From: an uncultured Nitrososphaerota archaeon
GTDB taxonomy: Archaea > Thermoproteota > Nitrososphaeria > Nitrososphaerales > Gagatemarchaeaceae
NCBI GenBank assembly: GCA_963718895.1
Contig: CAVRAG010000008.1
Span: forward strand, 544,001-608,000
Direction: 5' to 3'
DNA: 64,000 bases
Positions 1 to 16,770 of the stretch are shown here, in pieces. The notes below the pieces were generated by a model, which was given only the letters and a program-made list of their open reading frames with translations, was not told the DNA's origin and searched no databases. Positions within the stretch are counted from its first letter, which is position 1. Each line of letters begins with the position of its first letter. Made by a program: the position numbers and the translations under genes.

Positions 1-2
1 AC

Positions 3-365
3 GACATAACCGCACCTACGACTCCGGGCGATTACGTTCTCACCATTTACTCGCAGGGTACTCTGCTGAATGTAATATCTATCCAAGTAGTCTCGACGAT
101 CACATCCACCACAACGTCAAATTATACAGCACCTACAATTGCGACGAGCACAGATGCGAAGCCGAGTGATTCCATCCCCGGCTGGGGATATTGGGTGTTG
201 GCGATAATCGTACTGTTCGTCGGCGCCTTCATCAGCCTCCCATTCGTCGGGACATGGTTGTTAAACATGAGGGATTCAAAACATCAAGAATCAGCGGGCA
301 AGGGATCCAAAACAAGAACCGAAACAGCGTCTTTTCAGCGCGCGGAGGATGAGTTGGGGGGGTAG
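3..365 (+). CDS. 3' end of a surface/membrane-anchored protein (Thr-rich linker + C-terminal TM helix), truncated by the window edge
   Basis: Open frame 3 from the window start to TAG at 363-365: ...STITSTTTSNYTAPTIATST...WGYWVLAIIVLFVGAFISLPFVGTWLL followed by a charged tail. Confidence 0.6.
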   Translation, partial: DITAPTTPGDYVLTIYSQGTLLNVISIQVVSTITSTTTSNYTAPTIATSTDAKPSDSIPGWGYWVLAIIVLFVGAFISLPFVGTWLLNMRDSKHQESAGKGSKTRTETASFQRAEDELGG

Positions 366-432
366 GCTACGGTCAAGAGCCCCGACGAGGCCGCCCTCCA
401 GCGATTGTCAGTCAATCGAAAGGTGAGTCGGA

Positions 433-883
433 TGGGTTCTGTTTGTGCGCATTGAGACCTCGAGTCGAAGCGTGATGGCGGAAGCATTCGCAAGGAAGAT
501 CGGTTTGGAGGCCTCGAGCGCGGGAACGTTTCATTCAACCCGCGTCAATCCCCTGGTCATGGAAGCGATGGGCGAGTTAGGAGTCGACATCTCCGAGAGC
601 AAACCGAAGCAGTGACCGAGGAGATGATAGAGGGCGCCGGCTTGGTGGTCCTTACCGACGCTCCACTGGAGACGGCGATCCCGGGCAACCTTGGGAAGAA
701 GAAGCGGAAGAAGGTAGCGCGGTGGAACTCCCGGACCCTCAAGGGAAGTCCATCGAGGAGATGGGGTACCACAGGGACCATGTCGAACGGCTGGTGAAGG
801 CTCTGGCGAGCCACTCTTCCACGATGAGCAGCTACCGGTTCGGACAGCTCGGGTTCCGAGTGGAGATTGAGCGACGCCTGTAA
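433..883 (+). pseudogene. arsC: Degenerate arsenate reductase / low-molecular-weight phosphatase (ArsC-like)
   Basis: Three frames give VLFVRIETSSRSVMAEAFA..SAGT..VNPLVMEAMGELGVDISESKPK / TEEMIEGAGLVV / LPDPQGKSIEE..RDHVERLV. The catalytic Cys of the C-x5-R loop reads Arg, and there are two frameshifts. Confidence 0.7.
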
Positions 884-998
884 GATGCAACGGGACTTCA
901 GCATGATCATGGAAATCGGCCCGGTGCGGTCCCTCACGGAAGGGCAAACGCATCGTTAGTTTCATATCCGGAGCTCATTGAAGCCGGGCTAGAAGTCT

Positions 999-1025
999 GG
1001 CGTCGTAGCTCAGCATGGCAGAGCG
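999..1025 (+). other. Intron-less 5' tRNA fragment matching the spliced 5' part of tRNA-Asn
   Basis: GGCGTCGTAGCTCAGCATGGCAGAGC versus predicted mature tRNA-Asn GGCGTCGTAGCTCAGCATGGTAGAGC (1 mismatch); no anticodon arm or T arm follows. Confidence 0.65.
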
Positions 1026-1218
1026 ACCCAGTATATCCTAAGTTACGTTTGGGATTGCTCTTACTCCACCCTCGACTTTCCGGTGACAATTGGCGCAAAT
1101 GAGAATACATTTGTCGAGTTCTGTTCTAATCGATTCCCACGATCTGATCATCCCCGTCTCAGATAACCCGAAACCTTTGGTCGCCTTGTCCAAATGGTGG
1201 AACTCCAGCGCGCCATTG

Positions 1219-1390
1219 TATCGATCGTATCCACATAGGGTTCTGTCAGGTCTTCGTCGGACGGCTCAGACCTGGCTTCGAGGCATCGACTCTGAGGATT
1301 ACCTGCTGTTTCCTGCCTTCAGGGTTCCCCTTCACCGCTTCAACTGCCCCGCCTTCTCCTCTTGACTGGGCGAACCTCACCCAGCCCCTG
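1219..1390 (-). ncRNA. Predicted omegaRNA (reRNA) overlapping the tnpB 3' end, running through the right TIR into the flank (candidate guide CTATGTGGATACGATCGATA)
   Basis: Nucleotide blocks conserved with 30285-30415 (TGAGGTTCG, AAGGCGGGGCAG, GGTGAAGGGGAACCC, GTAATCCTCAGAGTCGATGCC, CGAAGCCA, GACAGAACC), where no tnpB gene remains. The position is typical of TnpB guide RNAs; boundaries are approximate. Confidence 0.55.
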
Positions 1391-2581
1391 CGGGAGATGT
1401 TCATCACCGCGACCAGGTCGCGGTCATCCCACCGACCACACCTCTGGCACCACTGCTGCCGGTGATGCTGCAGATCACCGCGGACAGCCGCTTGGAGTCC
1501 CTCCCCGCATCGCGGACAGCCCGTCGTGGTGTCTCTTGTCTCCTTCACCGTGAGCGTGACCACCGGCACGCCCTCCCACGCCGCCTTGTACTCGACTTCT
1601 CTCTTCAGCTCGCCGAAGGGCCAGGAGTTCATCCTTCCCCTGAGTTCTCGACCCTGGAGGTTCTCTCTCCGGTACAGCTTCCTTAGGCCCCTGATCTCTT
1701 CGAAGACGATCGCGCGCCTGTCTCTCTTGGCTTCTTCCACGATGTGCTTCGAGACGCGGTTGAGGATCTGCCTGACCCGCTCCTGTCTCCTCCGACCGTA
1801 CTTGATGGCCAGCGGTCTCCTTACTCTTACATCGTTTCTCTTGAACGAGCGGATGATGCTCCTGGTGTTCTCCGCTATCTCCACCGCTTTCGAGATGTCG
1901 TAGTATGTGACCTTCCCCTCGTTCCCCGCCGTCACGTTTCGCAGGTTCCTATCGATGCCGGTGGCGTCAGTGACCTGGATCCATTCCACAGCCTTAGCGA
2001 TGCAGAGCGAGAGCGAGCTCTCCGTGACGGTAAAGGACCGAACGACGACGCCGGGCTGGGTTAGGATGCTGAGCGTGTGCGGAGTTAGAGGGACCTTCTC
2101 AAACTTACGTCTCCGACGGGCACGAGGAGGCCATCGCCATCGATTCTGAACCCATAGCATGATGTGAGCAGAGGCTTCGAGAGGTAGGGCCGCCTTGTGC
2201 GGAACCCCCGCCTGATGGATTTCCTTCTCGCCGCCAGGATGCCGGTCGCTTTCGAGATCGCGCAGAGCCGGTAGTACGACGGGATCTCGCTTCCGTACCT
2301 CCCGCTGAGATCTTGGTAGACGAGGAGCGGGAGCCTCTTCAGTGAATGCGCATCCTTCTCCAATCCTACCCGTATGCAGTCGTTGACCATGAGCCTGAAA
2401 GTTTCCATGAGGCCGAAGAGACGGAACGTAGGCTCGTGTCGCTGCTTGAGGGCCTTCCTGGCGACCGTTCCAGGTGCAAGAGCGGCGAGGCTCATGCGGT
2501 ATCAAGTAGGAGAACCATATAAGCACCCGGTTGCCGATCTATCCTGAGAGAACGTCACCCCGACGAAGACTTTACAGAGCC
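1239..2581 (-). mobile_element. Non-autonomous TIR element (IS6-like ends) carrying tnpB
   Basis: 22-bp imperfect TIRs (19/22): GGTTCTGTCAGGTCTTCGTCGG at 1239-1260 and the reverse complement of 2560-2581, GGCTCTGTAAAGTCTTCGTCGG. Flanks CCACATAG / CCAGATGG (6/8 direct repeat). No transposase inside. Confidence 0.8.
1246..2495 (-). CDS. tnpB: RNA-guided endonuclease TnpB (one frameshift near 2100)
   Basis: N-terminal ORF 2085-2495 plus C-terminal frame with RuvC-I GIDRN, RuvC-II VFEEI, Zn finger CPRC...CQRC and RuvC-III DRDLVAVMNI; TATA-like TTATAT about 25 bp upstream. Confidence 0.9.
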
Positions 2582-2630
2582 CCAGATGGTAAGAGTCAAA
2601 TATAGAAGAAAATGCCCGACGTCTTCGCTT

Positions 2631-2780
2631 GGCGTCGTAGCTCAGACCACGTTGGCGACAGCGTGTGGGGAAGCATGGTAGAACTCTGATAAAGAGCTCG
2701 CCAAAAGCAGCAGGCTGTTAAATCGCGCAGGACGCGATGCAAACACCTGTTGGTCGACCGTTCAAATCGGTCCGACGCCG
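2631..2780 (+). tRNA. tRNA-Asn(GTT) with three introns
   Basis: Acceptor GGCGTCG/CGACGCC, T arm GACCG-TTCAAAT-CGGTC, anticodon arm GCAGG-CTGTTAA-CCTGT. Removing ~2646-2673, ~2683-2706 and ~2721-2744 gives a canonical 74-nt tRNA. TATA-like motif at 2596-2604. Confidence 0.9.
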
Positions 2781-2904
2781 CTTCTCTCCCTCGCAACTTG
2801 ACGGAGGGTGTCTTTGACGCTTCCTGGCAGGACGCCCAACGAAGGTGCCGAGCTGAGCGGTCGCTCTAACGGAAGCCTAGTGAGACGTTCCGCGAAGAGA
2901 CGCA

Positions 2905-3540
2905 TTACACCTTGGGGATGCGCTTTCCAGTCACTGTGTAAGCGACCGACTCTCCCACGTCCTCGGCGTGGTCCGCTATCCTCTCCAGATAACGAAGAAT
3001 CAGGGTCCCGGTGACGTAGCACTTTGCGTCATCGTGGGTATCCAGGTTGACTTTGCGGAGGTAGTTACGATACAGCGCGTCGACCACGTTGTCCATGGCA
3101 GCGAGGCGCCCTGCGGACATCACGTCTCGTTCGGTGAATGCCTTGATGCTAATACGAATCATCTCTGATGCCTGCTTTCCGGCCGAAACCACATCGGTCT
3201 TGTCGCAGCTCTCAAAGTCCTTGAAGATGGAGAGTACGTCCGTGATGTCGTAGGCGTAGCGTCCAAATCGGGAGAACCCGTAAGCGATCTCCATGCTCGA
3301 CGTGATGTATCGGAGGTCGGACGCCACAGGCTGATATCTCGCTATCAACTCCGTGGCCAGGTCGTTGACCTCCTCTTGCTTCACTCGGAGGTCCTCGGAG
3401 TTGTCGAAAACCTGCCTATGCAGGTCCTCGCCCTTGGTGTAGGCCTCTATTGCGAACGCCACCGTCTTCTCGGAAAGTTGGCCCATCTCGATTAGGAGGT
3501 TCTTCAGTTTCTCCAGACCCATGTCCATTAGTCTAGCCAT
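2905..3540 (-). CDS. phoU: Phosphate transport accessory protein PhoU
   Basis: ARYQPVASDLR...LERIADHA motifs; last gene of the pst operon. Confidence 0.92.
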   Translation of the reverse strand: MARLMDMGLEKLKNLLIEMGQLSEKTVAFAIEAYTKGEDLHRQVFDNSEDLRVKQEEVNDLATELIARYQPVASDLRYITSSMEIAYGFSRFGRYAYDITDVLSIFKDFESCDKTDVVSAGKQASEMIRISIKAFTERDVMSAGRLAAMDNVVDALYRNYLRKVNLDTHDDAKCYVTGTLILRYLERIADHAEDVGESVAYTVTGKRIPKV

Positions 3541-3552
3541 CTCGATCCACTC

Positions 3553-4389
3553 CTACCCGAACTTCCCTGTGATGTACCGCTCCGTCAGCTCCTTGCTCGG
3601 GGCCTCGAACATCTTCTTCGTCGTATCGTATTCTACGACCTCGCCGAGGTAGAAGAACGCGGTGTAATCCGCGACCCTCGCGGCCTGCTGCATGTTGTGG
3701 GTGACTATCACGATTGTGTAGTCCTTCTTCAGCTCCGCCATCGCCTCTTCTATCTTAGCGGTCGCCGTGGGGTCCAGCGCCGAGGCGGGCTCGTCCATGA
3801 GGATGATCTCGGGCTCGACTGCAATCGCTCGAGCGATGCACAGCCTCTGTTGTTGGCCGCCAGAGAGCGCGGTCCCAGACTTCTTCAGCTCGTCCTTGAC
3901 TTCATCCCAGAGGAAGGCTAGCCTGAGGCTCCTTTCTACCGCCTCGTCCAGGACCCTCTTGTTCCTGACCCCGTTCAGTTTGAGACCGGCCGCGACGTTG
4001 TCATAGACCGACATTGTCGGGAACGGGTTCGGCTTCTGGAAGACCATCCCGATTCTTCTCCTGATAGCGACAGGATTGACCCTTGGCGAATAGATGTTCA
4101 TCCCATCCAGAATCACCTCTCCTTCGACGTTTGCTCCGGGAGTTAGTTCGTGCAGCCTGTTCAGGCATCTTATGAATGTGGTCTTCCCACAACCCGATGG
4201 TCCCATGAGAGCCGTTATGCTCTGGTCTTTGAACGAGAGACTGATGCTCCTGAGCACTTCCAGTGCACCAAAACCCGCCCTGAGGTTCCGAGTCTCCATC
4301 TTGGGGAGAAACGCTCCCATCGACGCCGGGACGCTCATTTCAACCGGAAGCTCCTTCTCGGTCTTCTCGTCCTGGATGATCATTGTCAT
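3553..4389 (-). CDS. pstB: Phosphate ABC transporter ATPase
   Basis: [50 protein letters not shown]. Confidence 0.97.
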   Translation of the reverse strand: MTMIIQDEKTEKELPVEMSVPASMGAFLPKMETRNLRAGFGALEVLRSISLSFKDQSITALMGPSGCGKTTFIRCLNRLHELTPGANVEGEVILDGMNIYSPRVNPVAIRRRIGMVFQKPNPFPTMSVYDNVAAGLKLNGVRNKRVLDEAVERSLRLAFLWDEVKDELKKSGTALSGGQQQRLCIARAIAVEPEIILMDEPASALDPTATAKIEEAMAELKKDYTIVIVTHNMQQAARVADYTAFFYLGEVVEYDTTKKMFEAPSKELTERYITGKFG

Positions 4390-4397
4390 CGTCCACC

Positions 4398-5283
4398 CTA
4401 TACTTCCGCTCGTACGTCGGCAAATCGTCTCCCTATGATAAACCTAACCCCGAGATTCAGAGCGAGCGCAATGGCGACGAGCACAAGCGCAGCCCCCCAA
4501 GCGATTGCGTGCCATTGGGCGTACGGGGACGTTCCATAGACGTAGATGAGCAGGGGGAGTGCTCCTGTGGGTTGGAACAGACCCTGTGAGAAGAAATTGC
4601 TCCCAAAGGCTGTGAAGAGGAGAGGAGCGGTCTCGCCCGCGGCTCGTGCGACTGCCAGGAGTATTCCGGTCGCCAGCCCGGCCTTTCCGGTCGATATCAC
4701 GACGCTCAGGACCGTCCGCCACCTCGAGACGCCCAGGGCCATCGAGGCTTCTCTCAGCGACCGCGGGACGATCTTCAGGGACTCCTCCGTCGTCCTGGCG
4801 ACAATCGGGATCATTATGATGCTCAGAGCGACGGCCCCGGCCACCGCAGAGAAGGAGTGGGTCGTGAGGACGATTATCAAGTAAACGAATATCCCAATCA
4901 CTATAGAGGGAAACTCGGCCAGCACGTCGTTCATGAAGCTGGAGAGCGTGGAGAGCCTGGACTCGGGCCACTCCGAGAAGAAGATGCCCGCGCCCACCCC
5001 GATGGGCACCGATATGAGCGTGGCAATCCCGACCATCACGAAGGTTCCCTCGATCATCGGTCCGACTCCCCCTCCGGGGACGCCCACCGGCGTGGGGATG
5101 TGAGTGAGGAAGGAGAGGCTAATTACGGGACCTCCGACCAGTATCGTCTCGTCCGAGAATCAGGATGAGAGGGACCAGGGCCAGCACGACGCCGAGCCAA
5201 ATCAGCCCGGTCATCAGCCTGTCGACCAAGACGCGCCGCCGACCTATGCCAACCTCATTCTCGATTTTGGTCATCTTGGTCAC
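4398..5283 (-). CDS. pstA: Phosphate ABC transporter permease PstA (frameshifted near 5100-5150)
   Basis: ORF 4398-5087 has [27 protein letters not shown]; the N-terminal TM segment lies in another frame from ~5283. Confidence 0.9.
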
Positions 5284-6246
5284 TCAGGTCCTGAACTTGA
5301 CTCCCCGGGTCATGCGCCAGATTAGGAACCTGGCGAAGACGTTTATCACGAGGGCGAGCAGGAACAATACAAGGCCAATCTCGATGAGCGAAGCGGTGTA
5401 CAGGCCGCCGGACGCTTCCCTGAACTCGTTGGCGATCACCGCGGAGAGCGTGTAGCCTCCCGAGAAGAGGTCGGCGGTGATCTTGGGTTCGTTCCCTATG
5501 ACCATCGTCACGGCCATGGTCTCTCCCACGGCCCTGCCGAGGCCGAGGATCGTCGCACCGAAGATTCCCGACCTTGCGTAAGGGAGCACGCTCTTCCAGG
5601 TCACCTCCCAATCGGTGGCCCCGAGCGAGTGCATCGCCTCCCTCTGACTGTTTGGAACGGCGTTCAGCACGCTTCTCGAGATCGCGGAGACCGTGGGGAT
5701 TATCATGATCGCCAGGATCACTCCTGCAGTGAAGAAGTCCAGGCCGAACGGGGTCCCTGAGAAGAGGGGAACGGCGCCCAGGTATTGGTGGAGGGGGTCC
5801 TCGACGTACTGCTTCAGAAGCGGGCTAAGGAAGAGCAGACCCCACAACCCAAAGATTACGCTTGGAACAGCTGCGAGAAGCTCGACCAGCGTACCTATCA
5901 GCTGGCCCAAGCTCCTCCTAGCGTTCAACTTCTCCGTGAGGAAGACGGCCACCGCCAAACTGATGGGGAGGCCTATCAGGAGGGCGAGCAGGGAGGTCAG
6001 GATAGTGCCGTAGATGAAAGGAAGCGCACCGAAAATCTGATGATACGGGTCCCAGTCCGAGGTCCACAGGAAGGAGAGGCCGAACTTCAGCATACTCGGG
6101 CCGGATCCCGTGTAGAGCTCGTAGCCAAGAGCCAGGAGCAGGACAACGATTCCCAGCGCCGCGGCGCCGACGATTACCTTCAGGACTGAGTCGCCCTTCA
6201 GTAGACCGGCCTCGGGAATCGATTTCCTATCTGTGTTTGAAACCAT
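5284..6246 (-). CDS. pstC: Phosphate ABC transporter permease PstC
   Basis: VELLAAVPSVIFGLWGL, LGLGRAVGETMAVTMVIGN, IANEFREA. Confidence 0.95.
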   Translation of the reverse strand: MVSNTDRKSIPEAGLLKGDSVLKVIVGAAALGIVVLLLALGYELYTGSGPSMLKFGLSFLWTSDWDPYHQIFGALPFIYGTILTSLLALLIGLPISLAVAVFLTEKLNARRSLGQLIGTLVELLAAVPSVIFGLWGLLFLSPLLKQYVEDPLHQYLGAVPLFSGTPFGLDFFTAGVILAIMIIPTVSAISRSVLNAVPNSQREAMHSLGATDWEVTWKSVLPYARSGIFGATILGLGRAVGETMAVTMVIGNEPKITADLFSGGYTLSAVIANEFREASGGLYTASLIEIGLVLFLLALVINVFARFLIWRMTRGVKFRT

Positions 6247-6261
6247 AGCTAACTCTCTCAA

Positions 6262-6296
6262 TAAAAAAGGGGGCGAGGACCCGCCCTAGGGCGGGT
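6262..6296 (-). terminator. Palindrome + oligo-T between pstS and pstC (terminator/attenuator candidate)
   Basis: Perfect 18-bp palindrome ACCCGCCCTAGGGCGGGT (6279-6296), followed on the minus strand by CCCCCTTTTTTAT. Confidence 0.55.
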
Positions 6297-6299
6297 ATC

Positions 6300-7576
6300 C
6301 TATCCTGAGTACAGAGGGGTCCCGTTGTACGTGATTGACTTGATTGTGGTGTCGTCAACCGCGATGACGTTCGCAGGGAGTGGGACGTAGCCGAGCGCGG
6401 CGCCAGCCGACTGGCCGCTGTTCACGACCCACCAGAGGAAGTTGACGATGTCGGTACCCAGCTGCTTGTTGGACTGTGCCTGACTGACGACGAGGTAGGT
6501 GAAGGTCGTGATGGGGTAGAGGTTCTTGACGGAGGTGTTGTTGAAGACGCTGTTGATGATGGAGACTGTGGACCACGCTGCGTTCCCGGCAGGCAGTCCT
6601 GAGGCGCCGGCCGTGGCGGCAGAGGCGATGGTGGTAAGGTTGGCCGTTATGAAGTTGCCCGCGGCGTTCTGCACGACTCCCGCGGAGATGAGGGCCGGGT
6701 TCTGGAGCACGTAGGCTATCTCGAGTGGGCCTATCGAGTACTGGGTGTTCTGGATGCAGCCGGCTACGCCCGCGTTCTGCGGGCAGCCGAGGCCGGTCGG
6801 CCAGTTGACGGATGTGCTGAAGCCTACCTGAGATGCCCAGACTGAACTGGAGTCAGAGAGGTACTGTGTGAAGGCGAACATCGTGCCGCTCCCGTCCGAC
6901 CTGTGAACCACAGTGATCGCGTGGGCGGGGAGGGTTACGCCGGGGTTGAGGGCTGCGATGGCGGGGTCGTTCCACATCGTGATGGTCCCGAGGAATATCT
7001 GGGCAAGCACTGGACCAGTGAACTTCAGTCCGTTGCTTATGCCCGGAATGTTGTAGGCGGGCACGACTGCGCTGATGGACTCTGGGACTACGACGGCCGT
7101 CGAGGGGAAGGCGGCGTACTGCGCGGCGGTGGGAGGAGCATCGCTAGCTCCGATGTTCAACGTGCCGGCTGTGAACTGCGTGATTCCTGCGCCGCTGCCG
7201 ATGCTCTGGTAGTTGACCTGGATGTTGGGTTGCACCTGAGTGTATGCGAACGTCCACTCAGACATGAGAGGGAAGACGAGGCTGGAGCCGCCGGCGTTTA
7301 TTGTGGCAGCGGGTTCGTGGGCCCGAAGTCGAGCTGGTGGAGGTCGAGGCTAGTGGAAGTTGAAGTGGTGGTCGTTGGGCCACCCGTGACCCGTAACGGT
7401 AGTAGTGGATGTTGTGGTGACTGTGGAGGTGCTGACACTGGTGGTCGTCGACCCGAGCTCGAAGCGGCATAATAGCCCGCCGCCGCGGCCACTACTATGA
7501 GGACGAGGACAACGACGCCTAGTACAGCTCCACCTATTCCGTGTCTTTTGTTGTATCTTTGAGAAAGAGATTTCAT
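6300..7576 (-). CDS. pstS: Phosphate ABC transporter substrate-binding protein PstS (N-terminal TM anchor + S/T linker; frameshifts ~7300-7450)
   Basis: VNYQSIGSGAG, VVHRSDGSGT, YPITTFTY; the anchor is in ORF 7298-7576. Confidence 0.92.
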
Positions 7577-7670
7577 ATTTTCGTAGCTTTCCTGCCTTTT
7601 TTAATCTATAAGTGAAAAGCGCAAGGGAAATATATTGAAGTCTTCACCCATATTGGCATCTATCTTCTAG

Positions 7671-8755
7671 GTGTTTTGGTTGTCCACAGAGCATGAAAAA
7701 GGCGAAGTGAGGAAGATTCAGTTCTCCGGGAAGTCGTCGTACATGCTCGCACTGCCCAAGAAGTGGGTGTCGGAGATGGGGCTGGGAGCGGGCGACTCCG
7801 TCGCAGTAGAGAGACAGGGAGACTCCTCGCTCATCATCACCCCGCGCGTGGGGAGGGTCACTGCTGCCAAGGCCGAGGCTGTCTTGGAGGTCCATCCGAA
7901 GAACAAGACCGACTCGATAGTGAGGCGGCTGATCTCGATATACCTGCTCGGCTACAGTACCATCCACGTCAAGGCGAAGGAGGGCCTACTCACTTCGGCG
8001 CAGAGGGACGCGGTGAAAGAGGCCTCGCGACGCCACCTGATCGGGACGGAGATAATCGCCGACTCGAGGGAAGGGATAACCCTGCAGGTCCTGCTCAGCT
8101 ATCCAGAGCTGAGCGTCAAGAACGTGCTCAAGAGGATGTTCCTCATAGCGGAGTCGATGCACCGCGACGCGATCCGCGCGCTGTCAAGCTCGACTTGGAC
8201 ACGGCCGCGGCGGTGACCAAGTCGGACGACGAGGTCGACAGGTTCAGCCTCTACGCCATCCGCCAGCTCAACATGGCGGTCCAGAACGACTTCATCCTGC
8301 GGGAGATAGAACTGAAGAGCAGGAGGGACTGCCTCGACTACAGGCTGATAGTCAAGAGCGTCGAGCGCGTCGCGGACCACGCGAACAAGATCGCCGAGGG
8401 GGTCTTGCACATCGACGGCCAGGTGAGCCAGAGCATCATCGACAAGATCGTCAAGATGAGCGAGTTCAGCGTGGGCCTCTTCGAGCGGGCGGGGCTCGCC
8501 CTGTCCAAAGGAGACTACGAGTCGGCGGACAACGTCGTGGAGCAGGCCAAGGAGGCCGAAGGTCTGCAGGAGGACCTCCTCAACCTTATCGAGAAGACGA
8601 AGGAGAGCGAGTCAGACCAGGTTCTCCCGCTCATAGTCGAGGACATCAGGCGAACAGCCGAGTACGCCGCCGACATTGCGGAGGTAGTGATCAACATGAA
8701 CACGGAAAGCTCGATGCCCAGGGCCGAAGAGGGGCCAATCCTCCGGGCGAGTTAG
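7671..8755 (+). CDS. Archaeal phosphate uptake regulator (AbrB-like N-terminus + PhoU domains), frameshifted ~8180
   Basis: RKIQFSGKSSYMLALPKKWV N-terminus; DDEVDRF, SVERVADHA, IRRTAEYAADIAE; divergent from pstS. Confidence 0.88.
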
Positions 8756-8774
8756 GCCGTCCTGCCAGAAGAAT

Positions 8775-9035
8775 CTAGTTCGTTGACTGGGAGAGCCACG
8801 GAAGCAGCACGTGCTCCGACTCGAAGTCGGCGTCGCTGCATTCCGCGGTGCAGACCGCAAGGCCTGCGAGGAAGAAGAAGTGCTTGTCCTGGCCCCTGTA
8901 GATTATTCTCGGCCGCTCGACGTGGACGATTTCAAGGAACTCCACTCTGCCGAAGTCCACCGTGCTTCTGCTCCCATGAACCCGACCGACTTCCTCTTCC
9001 GTCATTGCTGATGCCATTGCCATTTCTCTTTTCAC
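8775..9035 (-). CDS. Small hypothetical protein
   Basis: 86-aa ORF with plausible composition and an AT-rich upstream region; no motif recognised. Confidence 0.3.
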   Translation of the reverse strand: MKREMAMASAMTEEEVGRVHGSRSTVDFGRVEFLEIVHVERPRIIYRGQDKHFFFLAGLAVCTAECSDADFESEHVLLPWLSQSTN

Positions 9036-9714
9036 TCATCCACCCATATTCAATGAGAGGACTATAAGGGTTGTCTACCATAACCATATTGGCAATAGGG
9101 TTGTAGGGACTGCTTACTTGTGAACTTTTTTTTTTTTTTTTGTGGCTCCCTCTCGGTCTGTCGGTTGAGGAGGAGCGTAGCCGATGATTATGGAGCCGTT
9201 TCGTTGAAGACGGGGAAGGGTCCGACGTCTTCCACAGCGGGACGAGCGAATCCCTTGGCAAGGAAGACTTCCTTGTCCGAAGGCTTGAACATCGGGCTCA
9301 GATATTGGGACCCACCATCACGTGCACGCTGTCGGGCTCCTTCTGCAGTTCCTTCCGGAATGGACGGTCCAATTCATCGAGTCCGAGATAGACCGCGGAG
9401 CCTTCTCTCACCGAGTAAGTCAGCGCCTCGTGGCCGCTCGGCTGTGATTGTGCGCCATATCGGCCTTGAGAACGCGTCACTACCGGGCTCAACTTGTGAC
9501 CGCATCTGCTTGACCAGCTAGCCAGAGGAGGTTCTCGTGCGCTCGAGTATCATCGAGTTCCTATTGGTTCATAGCGCAGGGCCGGCCTAGGCTCTTGTAT
9601 CTCTGTCCCATATTGCTCTGCTTTGGCGCGCTGCCTCGACGAAGATTGTCTCGTAACGGATGCTCGAGCGTGACGTAGCGAGCCAGGCGAGTTATCGCTG
9701 AACTCAGGCGGCGC

Positions 9715-16763
<7,049 letters not shown>

Positions 16764-16770
16764 CTCACTC

